Assembly: GCA_050250875.1 (NCBI GenBank)
Contig: JBFWNV010000009.1
Location: 45,170 to 109,169, forward strand
Length of the DNA: 64,000 nt
Direction: 5' to 3'
Source: Vicinamibacterales bacterium
GTDB taxonomy: Bacteria > Acidobacteriota > Vicinamibacteria > Vicinamibacterales > UBA2999
Within the stretch, counting starts at the first letter, position 1; every line of letters starts with the position of its first letter. A program made the position numbers and the translations under genes. Shown piece after piece: positions 45,178-54,158 of this stretch. The notes under the pieces are model-generated. The model was not told the origin of the DNA and ran no database searches. It was given only the letters and a program-made list of their open reading frames with translations.

Positions 45178-46365
45178 TCAGTGCCTCCCGGCCGCCAGGC
45201 ACACAGTCGACAGGCGCGCGGAAGCGTCGGCGTGCCGGCGGCAGAGGCCGATGATTCGCTCCGACTGGGCCGCGGTCCGGAATCGGCTGACCGGCAGTTG
45301 TACGAGCCGCTGCGCCAGCCGCAGCGAGACCGGGGTCGATTGCGCGTCGGCGCGCCAGGTGGCGGCGCCGAACGCCGAGACCCCGATGGCATTGCGCCAC
45401 ATGGCGCTGGCCTTGACGCCGTGACCGACCAGATCGGCCTTCAGCGCGTCCGCGTCGGCGCCGGCCGGCGGGTCGACCGAGACCGACGTGCAGATGTGGT
45501 CGCCGCCGCCGTCGGCCTGGAACGTGAACCCCAGCGGCTCGAGCGCCTCGCGCAGGACGCGGGCACATTCCCGTTTCCGGGCCAGCGCGTCGCCGTAGCG
45601 GGGCAGGAATGCCCGCAGCATCAGGCGGCCGACGGCGTCGAACTCGCGGACCGGCAGCGGTGCGTAGTTGCCGACCTCGCGGGGATAGACCGGAGAATCG
45701 GCGAGCAGCGCGTAGGCGGCGTGTTCGATCATGCTCGACAGCGGATACTTGATTAGCGTCGCGGCGTGGAGCAGTCCGTCGACGCCGAGATGGGCCGCGG
45801 CCGGCGGCGGCAGCGGGGTCGCCGCCAGGGCCAGGCCGCCGGCGCGCACGGGCAGGCACTTCGGCAGGCTGAACATCGCATAGTGGCCGTCGGACCCGAC
45901 GAGGCGGCCGGCGCGGCTGGCGCCCAGCGCCCGGGCGCAGTCCTCGATCAGCAGCAGCCCGTGGGCGTCGCAGAACTCCCGGTAGCGGCGGCCGTCGGCC
46001 GGCAGGCCGAACGTGTGCTCGATGAGCAGCGCGCGCGCCCCGTCGAGGTGGGCGGGCGTGACGGTCCCGAGATCGAGGTGGTAGGTCTCGACATCGACGT
46101 CGGCGAAGACCGGTGTGATTCCATACTTCTGGAAGACGCCCACGAAGTCGTCGGGAAAGAAGGCCGGCATGATGATCCGGCTGCCGGCCAGGCCGGCGGC
46201 GACGACGATCTGCTCGAATGCGGCCTTGCCTTGGCTGGCGAACTGGACGTGCCGGCCGTGCAGCGGGACGTACGGCTGGAGCAGCGTCTCGACCGGCGTT
46301 CCGGCTGTCGCCATGAGCCCGCCGAGCAACTCGGAGATGCGGATTCGCTCACGGGTCGTGATCAT
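45178..46365 (-). CDS. DegT-like PLP-dependent aminotransferase-fold protein (divergent)
   Basis: 'FASQGKAAFEQIVVAAGL', 'ITPVFADVDVETYHLD', 'LLIEDCARALG' and 'AMFSLPKCLPVRAGGLA' (candidate PLP lysine). The ATG overlaps the upstream stop. Confidence 0.65.
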   Translation of the reverse strand: MITTRERIRISELLGGLMATAGTPVETLLQPYVPLHGRHVQFASQGKAAFEQIVVAAGLAGSRIIMPAFFPDDFVGVFQKYGITPVFADVDVETYHLDLGTVTPAHLDGARALLIEHTFGLPADGRRYREFCDAHGLLLIEDCARALGASRAGRLVGSDGHYAMFSLPKCLPVRAGGLALAATPLPPPAAAHLGVDGLLHAATLIKYPLSSMIEHAAYALLADSPVYPREVGNYAPLPVREFDAVGRLMLRAFLPRYGDALARKRECARVLREALEPLGFTFQADGGGDHICTSVSVDPPAGADADALKADLVGHGVKASAMWRNAIGVSAFGAATWRADAQSTPVSLRLAQRLVQLPVSRFRTAAQSERIIGLCRRHADASARLSTVCLAAGRH

Positions 46366-47390
46366 CGCAGCCCGGCCGACAGGCGCTGCACCGCGCCGAG
46401 CAGCGCCTGACGGGCCCGGAATCCCTGGATGACCGAGCGGCGAACCAATCCGAACACCGGGCTGAGGACCAGGTGTCCGGCGGGCAGGGACACCAGCGTG
46501 CCGCCCAGTTTCTCCTTGTACTCACCGCCGCCGCAGGCGTCGTAGCATCGCAGTCCCCGCGTACGCGCCGACTGCATCGCGCGCCACTGGATGAGATCGT
46601 TGGCGCCGAACGGATAGGCCGACGTGTAGGACGCCCCGGCCCAGAAATAGGCGGCGCGGTGGTCGAACAGCAGGATGACCGACGCCAGCCGCTGCCCCTC
46701 GTGCATCGCCGTCAACGCCTGGAGACGCCCGGCCGCGCCGAGAATCCTGGTCACGACCTCGATGCGGCGCAGATCGTAGGTCGGGGCCTTGCCCTGACGG
46801 TTGAACACCGAGCGCAGCATGTCGAAGAACTCCGCGGCGAAGGTCGGTGCCGTGTCCTCGACGACAGTCACGCCCTGCTTCTCGGCCTTGCGGACCTTGT
46901 TGCGCATCGCCGGCTTGAGGTGCTGCCACACGGCGGCCTCGTCGCCGCTCAGATCGACGCGGTAGGTTCGCGTGGGCTGGAGTCGGAATCCGCCGGCGGT
47001 GAGGCTGGGGCCGTCGAAGTACTCCCCGCCGACCTCCACGAGGCCGATCCGCGCCTCGACGGCCCAGCGTCGCACCGCCTGCAGGAACTCACCGGCGGGC
47101 GGCGCCGTACGGAACAGCGGGTACATGTAGTCAGTGCCGGTGCCAGGCAGCGGTGCGCCGAACACGCTCATGCCGAACTTCTTCACCAGGTAACCGCACC
47201 AATGGCCGCACACCTCGCCGTCGCGCAGGACCTGGAATCGCACGACCCGTCCGGGCAGCGCCTCGTCCAGTGCGTCGTGCCAGACCGACGAATGGAAGAC
47301 CGTGGCGTTCTCGTATGGCCGGATCGCGTCGTCCCATCGGTGGGCGGGGCAGTCAGGCCACTCACTGAGGATCAATCCTGATGGAGGCAC
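46362..47390 (-). CDS. FemAB-related / GNAT-fold acyltransferase (EPS-associated)
   Basis: Size and layout match FemAB-like proteins of exosortase-type EPS loci. 'FHSSVWHDAL', 'LKPAMRNKVRKAEKQGVTV' and 'AAYFWAGASY...GANDLIQWRAM'. GTG start at 47390. Confidence 0.65.
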   Translation of the reverse strand: MPPSGLILSEWPDCPAHRWDDAIRPYENATVFHSSVWHDALDEALPGRVVRFQVLRDGEVCGHWCGYLVKKFGMSVFGAPLPGTGTDYMYPLFRTAPPAGEFLQAVRRWAVEARIGLVEVGGEYFDGPSLTAGGFRLQPTRTYRVDLSGDEAAVWQHLKPAMRNKVRKAEKQGVTVVEDTAPTFAAEFFDMLRSVFNRQGKAPTYDLRRIEVVTRILGAAGRLQALTAMHEGQRLASVILLFDHRAAYFWAGASYTSAYPFGANDLIQWRAMQSARTRGLRCYDACGGGEYKEKLGGTLVSLPAGHLVLSPVFGLVRRSVIQGFRARQALLGAVQRLSAGLR

Positions 47391-47405
47391 GGGGCAGCGG
47401 CTCCG

Positions 47406-48197
47406 TCAGACCAGGCGGTGATGTTGGACCAGCGCCTCGGCGATGATCCAATCGGTTGGTTCGTCGATGTTGCAGGCGCGGTCCCTCGGCATCAACCACG
47501 CCCGGCAGTCGCGCCCCTTCAGAGAACGGTGGTTGACCAGCACGTCGCGTCGCGTGACGTAGACCGACCCGTCGCGCAGGTAGAGACGCGGCAGATCCTG
47601 GCGGCGTTGTCCCTCGCTGGCTTCGGCGAACGGGGGATCGACGGCGCGTCCATCGGCGTCGATGTATTTCATCCGGGCGGGGTGGGCGTCGCCGACCTCG
47701 ACGAAGGAAATCACCGAGTCGGCGCCGGTCTGCTCCAGCAGTTCGATGGCGCCGTCGATGTCCTCCGGGCGGCGAAGCGGGTTGGTCGGCTGCAGGATGA
47801 AGACGGCGTCGAAGCGGTCGCCACGCCGCTCGAGTTCGCACACGGCGTGCTCGATTACTGCGACGGCCGGCGTGTCGTCGCGCGCGAGGTCGCTCGGCCG
47901 CATGAACGGGACGTCGAGCCCGAACTGTCGACCGACAGCGGCAATTTCTTCGTCCTCGGTGGATAGGATCACCCGGCTCAACCGTCTCGCGTTCAAGGCG
48001 GCGATGGCCGTGTAGGCCAGCAACGGCTTGCCGGCCAGCAACGCGATGTTCTTCCGCGGGATGCCCTTCGAACCGCCGCGCGCGAGCGCCACACCCAGGA
48101 CCCGCAAGCTCACGCTGGTTGGCCCATCATCGGGGGTTCGACAAGGCGAGGACGCGCCGTCCAGCCGGTCTCGACGTCGTCGATCCGGCGCGAACAA
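47406..48197 (-). CDS. neuA: acylneuraminate (nonulosonate) cytidylyltransferase
   Basis: 'ALARGGSKGIPRKNI', 'KPLLAYTI-like AYTAIAAL' and 'VILSTEDEEIA'. A GTG at 48113 would give the usual short N-terminus. Confidence 0.85.
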   Translation of the reverse strand: MFAPDRRRRDRLDGASSPCRTPDDGPTSVSLRVLGVALARGGSKGIPRKNIALLAGKPLLAYTAIAALNARRLSRVILSTEDEEIAAVGRQFGLDVPFMRPSDLARDDTPAVAVIEHAVCELERRGDRFDAVFILQPTNPLRRPEDIDGAIELLEQTGADSVISFVEVGDAHPARMKYIDADGRAVDPPFAEASEGQRRQDLPRLYLRDGSVYVTRRDVLVNHRSLKGRDCRAWLMPRDRACNIDEPTDWIIAEALVQHHRLV

Positions 48198-48722
48198 GCT
48201 TCCGCCCTCTCAGTCACATGACTGGCCACGAACTGTCCATCATATGCCGGTGCCGTGACGATCAGGCATCGCACCGCCAGCGTCCGCATTCGGCCGCCGC
48301 CTCGATGACATCGAGACCCGAGGGACCGGCGTCCTGAACGCCGAATGCTGCAAGGAACCTGCCGGTGATGCGGCGTTGCGCATGGAGCGGTCCTGGCCTC
48401 AATCAGCGGGAGAGGGGGCGGCCACTCAAGACAAATGTCTGCATGGGGGCCGACTTTCTTACGGCAGTCGTCGGGCCGATGCCAAACGCCCCAACGTCGC
48501 TGCGACAGCCGATCACCCGGTGAATCACCTTAGCGAGCGACAGGCGCCTGTCTGTCTGCGCTGGGATCGCAGGCGCAAGCGGACGGGTGGTTGCGTCGCC
48601 TGCCCGGCCGCGGCGTCGGACGCCGTGCAGGACATTGGACCGTCCTGGACTATCCTCGAAGCAGGTTCCTCGCCCTCCATGATGTCGCTCCGCACGGTTC
48701 GTCGCGAGTTGAGGTGGTGGCG

Positions 48723-49688
48723 ATGAGCGGTCAACGCGAAGGTGTGCTGGGCTTGTCGCACGTGCGCGTGATGCGATCGGACGTGCCGACCCGCTTCATC
48801 CGCGACGAGGCCGATGGCTTCGGCGAACGCCTGGTGATGTTCGACGAGGCGGGCGCGCCGGCCTGGGAAGCGCTGCGGCTGCGCGAGGAGTTCGCCGCCT
48901 CGCCGGACGTGACCGCGGCACTGGAGCAGCGACTCCGGCAACTGGCCGACTTGAGCCATCCAGCGCTCCCGGCGAATCGGCTCCTCGACGACCCCGAACG
49001 CGCTGGCGGCCTGCTGCTGGTGTCGCCGTACATCCGCGGCCGGCGCCTGTCGAAGCTCGACCGTCCGCGCAGTGCGGCATTCGCGTTGACGGTCATCCGG
49101 GATGCGGTCGCACCGCTGGCCGCCCTGCAGCGCCATGGGGAGGCGATTGCGCACGGCTCGCTCAATCTCCAGCGGATTCTGGTGACGACCGACGGTCGTA
49201 TCGTCCTCCGCGACCACGTCCTGGGAGCCGTGCTGGACGTCCTGGAACTGCCAGCCTCGCGCCTGTGGTCCGAACTGGGCGTCCTCGGTGCGGGCTCGAC
49301 GCCGGTGAGCCGCCGCCAGCAGGACGTCGTGCATCTTGCGCTCGTCGGGCTGTCCTGCCTGGTGGGCCGTCCGATTGGAGCCGAGGATTATCCGAGCCGC
49401 CTGGGCACCCTCATCGAGCAGCACGTGCTGCTGCCCGCACTGCGCGATTGGCTCCACGACGCACTGACCGGCGCGTTCCCGATGGCCAGCGCGGCCGAGG
49501 ACGCCTTGCTTCAGACGTTCCCGGGCAGCCTGCCGGGCGAGGTCGAAGTGCGGGCGTCGATGGCCGTGTTCGGCCGCAAGGGCGATCCGGTGACGTCGCC
49601 GCTGCCCGACGCGCCCGGCCTTCGGCACCTGCTGCGCGACGAGTCTGGCAGCGCGTTCGTGGCTGGCCGCGGCGGCGGAGCGCCCTGA
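48723..49688 (+). CDS. protein-kinase-like fold protein with degenerate catalytic motifs (putative pseudokinase)
   Basis: ATG 48723 inside ORF 48591..49688. 'LSHPALPANRLL...LLLVSPYIRGRRL' resembles kinase subdomains IV-V. 'HGSLNLQRILVTTDGRIVLRDH' occupies the HRDLKPxN...DFG position but lacks both Asp residues. 'DVVHLALVGLSCLVGRP' resembles subdomain IX. Confidence 0.55.
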   Translation: MSGQREGVLGLSHVRVMRSDVPTRFIRDEADGFGERLVMFDEAGAPAWEALRLREEFAASPDVTAALEQRLRQLADLSHPALPANRLLDDPERAGGLLLVSPYIRGRRLSKLDRPRSAAFALTVIRDAVAPLAALQRHGEAIAHGSLNLQRILVTTDGRIVLRDHVLGAVLDVLELPASRLWSELGVLGAGSTPVSRRQQDVVHLALVGLSCLVGRPIGAEDYPSRLGTLIEQHVLLPALRDWLHDALTGAFPMASAAEDALLQTFPGSLPGEVEVRASMAVFGRKGDPVTSPLPDAPGLRHLLRDESGSAFVAGRGGGAP

Positions 49689-49835
49689 TCGGTGTCCGCC
49701 GCCGTGATCGGGCCGGGCGACACGATGACGTCGGCGTCCGTGGGACGGCTGAGACGGTCCTTCATCGCGGGTGTGAGCCGGGGCGATGGGGAGAACGCCC
49801 GCGGGCGATTGTCGGCCGGCCGCGCATACGCTACG

Positions 49836-51341
49836 ATGCGGCGAGTTCCGCGCCGGCTGATGACGTCATTGCTCCCGCGTCGATGTTCCGACCGGACGCG
49901 CCCGGCCCCGTGGCGCGGCATGGCGGCGCTGTTGGCGGCTTCGCTCGGCATCGCCTGCCACACGACTTCGGCTCTCGAGGAGGCGGTGGCACCCGCAACC
50001 GTGATCTATGCGGCACCCGATGGCCGGCCAGATGGCGATGGCAGTACCGAACGGCCCCTCGACCTGGCCACGGCCCTCTCGGCAACGTCGGCCATCCCGC
50101 CGGGCGCAACGCTGTGGCTCCGCGGCGGCACCTACAACGTCGCCGACCTGACCAGCACGCTCTCCGGAACGGCCGGCGCCCCCATCACGGTGCAATCGGT
50201 GCCTGGCGAGCACGCCATCCTCGACGGCGCGACGGCGATCAACACCGTCCTGACGGTGCAGGGCGCCTGGACCGTGTTTCGCGACTTCGAGGTGACGAGT
50301 TCTGATCTGTCGCGGAAGGGAAGCCAGCGCACGCGGGCAGCCGGCGTCGACGTCCATGGCGCCAACGTCAAGCTCGTGAACCTGGTCGTGCACGATCTGG
50401 CGAACGGGGTGGGGCTGTGGAGCGACGCCGTCGATACGGAGGTCTACGGCAACATCATCTACTACAACGGGTGGATTGGGCCCGATCGCCCCCACGGGCA
50501 CGGCATCTACACACAGAACAAGACCGGCGTGCGGCGGGTCACCGACAACATCGTCTTCGCCCAGTTCGGCATGGGCATCCACGCCTATGCCTCTGAGCAG
50601 GGGTACCTCGACGACATGCACTTCGAGGGCAACGTCGTCGCCAACAACGGCATTCCCAACGGGGATTTCAACATCCTGGTGGGCGGCCACCGTCTCGCCC
50701 AGCGACCTGTCCTGCGGTCGAACTTCACCTACGACAACCCCGGCGCGGGCAATCACGTCGGCTTTGCGGCGGGCTGCGTCGACGTCGAGCTCCGCGACAA
50801 CTACTTCGCGATGGTGAGCGGCGGCTATGCGGTGCAGCTGGTCGACTGCAGCGGGGTCGTCGAGGGCAACGTCATCGTTGGTGGCACTCGGGGGGTGACT
50901 GCCGGCCGCATCGTGCCTCATTCCGAGCTGGCCGCGCTGCATCCGGCCAACGAGTTCGTCCCAGAGCGTCCCAGCGCTACCCGGACCTTCGTACGTCCGA
51001 ACCGGTACGATCAGGGGCGCGCCCACGTCATCGTCTACAACTGGGAGCGTTTGCCGGCGGTGCAGGTCGACCTGACGGCGGCCGCCGTGCCGGTTGGTGG
51101 CGCCTACCAGATTCGCGACGTTAGGAACCTCAGCGGCGCTCCGCTCGTCTCGGGCCGCTACGCTGGCGGGACGGTGACCCTCCCGCTCGAAGGGCTGATC
51201 GCCGCGCCGATCGTCGGTTGGCAGCCGACCCCGCCGCACACCGCGCCGGAGTTCGGCGTGTTTCTGGTGACGAGCCGTCCTGCTCCGCGCTCGCGGATCG
51301 GCACGATGGTCTCGCGCATGATGGCGGCCTTCGGGCTGTGA
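49836..51341 (+). CDS. right-handed beta-helix protein, probable lipoprotein/secreted (paralog 3)
   Basis: ATG 49836. The signal reads 'MAALLAASLGIAC'. Motifs are 'WLRGGTY', 'FEVTSSD', 'GHGIYTQN' and 'RVTDN', with the C-terminal 'RPNRYDQGRAHVIVYNW'. It is closest to paralog 2. Confidence 0.8.
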   Translation: MRRVPRRLMTSLLPRRCSDRTRPAPWRGMAALLAASLGIACHTTSALEEAVAPATVIYAAPDGRPDGDGSTERPLDLATALSATSAIPPGATLWLRGGTYNVADLTSTLSGTAGAPITVQSVPGEHAILDGATAINTVLTVQGAWTVFRDFEVTSSDLSRKGSQRTRAAGVDVHGANVKLVNLVVHDLANGVGLWSDAVDTEVYGNIIYYNGWIGPDRPHGHGIYTQNKTGVRRVTDNIVFAQFGMGIHAYASEQGYLDDMHFEGNVVANNGIPNGDFNILVGGHRLAQRPVLRSNFTYDNPGAGNHVGFAAGCVDVELRDNYFAMVSGGYAVQLVDCSGVVEGNVIVGGTRGVTAGRIVPHSELAALHPANEFVPERPSATRTFVRPNRYDQGRAHVIVYNWERLPAVQVDLTAAAVPVGGAYQIRDVRNLSGAPLVSGRYAGGTVTLPLEGLIAAPIVGWQPTPPHTAPEFGVFLVTSRPAPRSRIGTMVSRMMAAFGL

Positions 51342-51421
51342 GGTGCGAACGGCCCGTGGTCCCCATCCGGGGCAGAGATGACCGACGGGGTGACGCCGAA
51401 CCGCTATCGGATCTGGCCCGC

Positions 51422-52051
51422 ATGTTGCAAAATGACACTGCAGGGGAGTGGGGTGTGTCGGCCAAGCGGGTTTTCGATGTCGTCGCGGCAGCTGCCGGGC
51501 TGCTGCTGATCGCCCCGTTGCTGGCGGTCGTTCCGCTGCTCATCCGCCTCGATTCGGCCGGGCCGGTGATCTTCCGCCAGACCCGTATCGGCCGCGGGTT
51601 CAGGCCGTTCACGATCTACAAGTTCCGCACGATGACGGCGGCGGGCCGGCCCGCCGGACCGATTACCGTGTCGGGCGACCCGCGCATCACGCGCGTCGGC
51701 CGGTGGCTGCGGGCCAGCAAAATCGACGAGTTGCCGCAGTTGTTCAACGTGCTGCTCGGCGACATGAGCCTGGTCGGACCACGGCCTGAAGTACCCGAGT
51801 ACGTGGATATCTTCCGCGATCGGTATGCGCGCCTGCTGCAGGTTCGCCCGGGCATCACCGACCCGGCGTCGCTGCGTTACCGGAACGAATCGGCGCTGCT
51901 GGCTGGCGCGGCCGACCCTGAAGTGGAGTACCGGCAGCGCATCCTGCCCGACAAGCTCAGACTGTCGATTGAGTATGCGGAGCGCGCGACGCTCAAGACC
52001 GACATCGCGCTCATCTTCCAGACTTTGTTCGGTCGGCACGCAGAAGACTGA
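51422..52051 (+). CDS. undecaprenyl-phosphate sugar phosphotransferase (small bacterial sugar transferase, PglC/WbaP C-terminal type)
   Basis: 'KRVFDVVAAAAGLLLIAPLL' is the re-entrant helix. 'IFRQTRIGRGFRPFTIYKFRTM', 'DELPQLFNVLLGDMSLVGPRP' and 'RPGITDPASL' follow. Confidence 0.9.
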   Translation: MLQNDTAGEWGVSAKRVFDVVAAAAGLLLIAPLLAVVPLLIRLDSAGPVIFRQTRIGRGFRPFTIYKFRTMTAAGRPAGPITVSGDPRITRVGRWLRASKIDELPQLFNVLLGDMSLVGPRPEVPEYVDIFRDRYARLLQVRPGITDPASLRYRNESALLAGAADPEVEYRQRILPDKLRLSIEYAERATLKTDIALIFQTLFGRHAED

Positions 52052-52087
52052 GCGGCTGGCTCGGCCCGCCCGGCGCCGACGCCCTGA

Positions 52088-53287
52088 CTAGACACCGGGT
52101 GGGCGGGGCATCGCCATCCGGCCACCGTCACCGCCGCTCATGCCGCCGCCCGAGTAGCCGCCCGACGACACGCCGCTCGAGCCGCCGCTGTTCGAGCTGG
52201 AGGTGCCGCCGTTGCCGCCGTTCCAGGCGCCGCCGCTGCCGGCGTTGGTCGCGTCGACCGGCGTGACCTGGGTGTAGCCCCGCCCGTTGACGACGCGCCC
52301 CTCGGCCTGCGGCGCCGGGCCGCCGCCGCCCGCGGGATTGACCGGGCCGTTGGCGACCCACCACGACGAGTTGTAGTAGCCGTTCCAATAGCCGGGGCCG
52401 TAGCCCAGCAGGTACGGGCTCATCATGCCGCAGTTGCCGAAGTAGCCGGCCGCCGCCCAGCCATACGGTGAATAGCAGCCGTACATCGCCGCGGCGCCGA
52501 CGATCGGCGCGAAGAACGGATCGAAGGCGCCGCCGGCGTACCCGCCGCTATCCGCCGAGCCGCCGCCGGAGCGGACGACGAAGTGGTTCGGATAGGTGAG
52601 GCCGACCATCAGGTCGATGACCCGTTCGTCGACCCGGGCGTCGGCCAGCGCGACCAGGGTGCGCTTGTTGAGATCGAACGCCGTCGTGCCTTCGCCGATC
52701 GCCGCCTGCACGCCATCGGCCGGCAGCGCCGCGCTGAGCTCCAGGACGTCGTTCACGGTCCACGGCATCTCGGCGAAATCGAACGCCGGCTGCGCAACGG
52801 CACTGCCGGCGGCCTGACGCTGCCGCGGCGCGGGGCGGTAGCGCTGCACCCGCACGCTGGTGTCGGCGCCCTGCTGAACGGTCTGGACGTCGACCCAGAC
52901 CGGGCCGTTCCGCATGAAAGCCACGCTGGCCAGGGTCCGCGGCGCCTCGCTGCCACAGGCGACGGTCGCCGTGCGGTACAGCCGCCGCCCGTTCGCCGAC
53001 CAGCGGTGACGTTCCGTGCCGCGACAGTCGTCCACGGCCACGGCGTAGTCGCGATCGTCGGCGATGCGCGACTCGCGCGAGATCTCCTGAACGCCCACCG
53101 AGGTGACGATCGAGACGCCGCCGTCGGGCGTGGCGGTGACGCAGGTGCGGGCGCCGGTGCCGGCGCGATCGTCGTCGGCCACCCAGCCGCCGAGCCAGGG
53201 CTGCCAGCGGGCGTCGGCGGGGGCCGGTGGCGGGGCGGCCGTCTGCCCGGCGGCGAGAGCGACGGCGAGGAGAAGCGACGTGGTCAT
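52088..53287 (-). CDS. secreted hypothetical protein with Gly/Tyr/Ser-rich low-complexity C-terminus
   Basis: ATG 53287. The signal is 'MTTSLLLAVALAAGQTAAP'. A Cys-containing N-terminal domain is followed by a tail such as 'GYGPGYWNGYYNSSWW...GGNGGTSSSNSGGSSGVSSGGYSGGG'. Confidence 0.6.
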   Translation of the reverse strand: MTTSLLLAVALAAGQTAAPPPAPADARWQPWLGGWVADDDRAGTGARTCVTATPDGGVSIVTSVGVQEISRESRIADDRDYAVAVDDCRGTERHRWSANGRRLYRTATVACGSEAPRTLASVAFMRNGPVWVDVQTVQQGADTSVRVQRYRPAPRQRQAAGSAVAQPAFDFAEMPWTVNDVLELSAALPADGVQAAIGEGTTAFDLNKRTLVALADARVDERVIDLMVGLTYPNHFVVRSGGGSADSGGYAGGAFDPFFAPIVGAAAMYGCYSPYGWAAAGYFGNCGMMSPYLLGYGPGYWNGYYNSSWWVANGPVNPAGGGGPAPQAEGRVVNGRGYTQVTPVDATNAGSGGAWNGGNGGTSSSNSGGSSGVSSGGYSGGGMSGGDGGRMAMPRPPGV

Positions 53288-53303
53288 GGCGATCCGTCCG
53301 TTC

Positions 53304-54080
53304 CTAGAAGACGACCTGCAGGCCACCCGACAGGCGCAGTCCGCCGAGCGCCAGGGGCTCGAAGTCCACGAAGTCCTGGCCGAGCGTGGCCGAACTCCAC
53401 GTGTAGCGCGCTTCGGAGGTGAGGTAGATCCGGCGCCAGACCCGCAGATCGGCGCCGCCCAGGGCATGCACCGTCGGCGCCCAGCCGTTGGCGCCGAAAT
53501 CGTCGTTGAAGACGCGCAGGGTGCGGAAGTCGACGAACGACCCGTACTGCTGGAAGGTGTACTTCACGGCGCCGGCCCCGGCGCCGACGTAGGGTGTGAA
53601 CGCGCGCGGCACCCAGGCGAAGCGGCTGATGCGTCGCCCGCGCGGCAGCAGCGCCATGCGCAGCGTGCCCGAGATCACCCATTCCTCGCGGCGCGTGGTC
53701 TGGGTAATGGGCACGCCGCCGGTGTCGACGAAATCGCGATACTCGGACGCGGTGGTGGAGTTGGCCTGTTCGAGGGTGGCGATGACGTCGAACCTTGAGC
53801 CGAACGAGATGCCGAAGTCGCCGGCCAGCGACGACGCGTTGAACGACTTCTTGTCGACGGTGAGCTGGTTGCTGACGAAGTCGTACAGGTCGCTGCCGGT
53901 GTTGGCGAACAGCCATCCGCCGCGGACGGCGAGCAGCCCTTTCGGCCGTCCGAGCAGGAACTCCGAGGGGTAACCGATCGGCGGCGGCGTGGTGGACTGC
54001 TGCGTGTGGTCCTGGGCCAGGCCCGGTGCGGGCAGCCAGAGGAGCGAGGCGATGAGCAGCGCGACGCGGCGCAGTCGCAT
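53304..54080 (-). CDS. small outer-membrane beta-barrel protein
   Basis: The signal is 'MRLRRVALLIASLLWLPAPGLAQ'. Amphipathic strands alternate, and the C-terminus 'RLSGGLQVVF' ends in Phe (OMP sorting signature). Confidence 0.7.
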   Translation of the reverse strand: MRLRRVALLIASLLWLPAPGLAQDHTQQSTTPPPIGYPSEFLLGRPKGLLAVRGGWLFANTGSDLYDFVSNQLTVDKKSFNASSLAGDFGISFGSRFDVIATLEQANSTTASEYRDFVDTGGVPITQTTRREEWVISGTLRMALLPRGRRISRFAWVPRAFTPYVGAGAGAVKYTFQQYGSFVDFRTLRVFNDDFGANGWAPTVHALGGADLRVWRRIYLTSEARYTWSSATLGQDFVDFEPLALGGLRLSGGLQVVF

Positions 54081-54158
54081 GACGACCTCCGGAGCACGCC
54101 GACGGCTGGGATGGCCGCGCGGCCCGTGCCCGTCAGACTAGCACGACGAACCGCGGCC

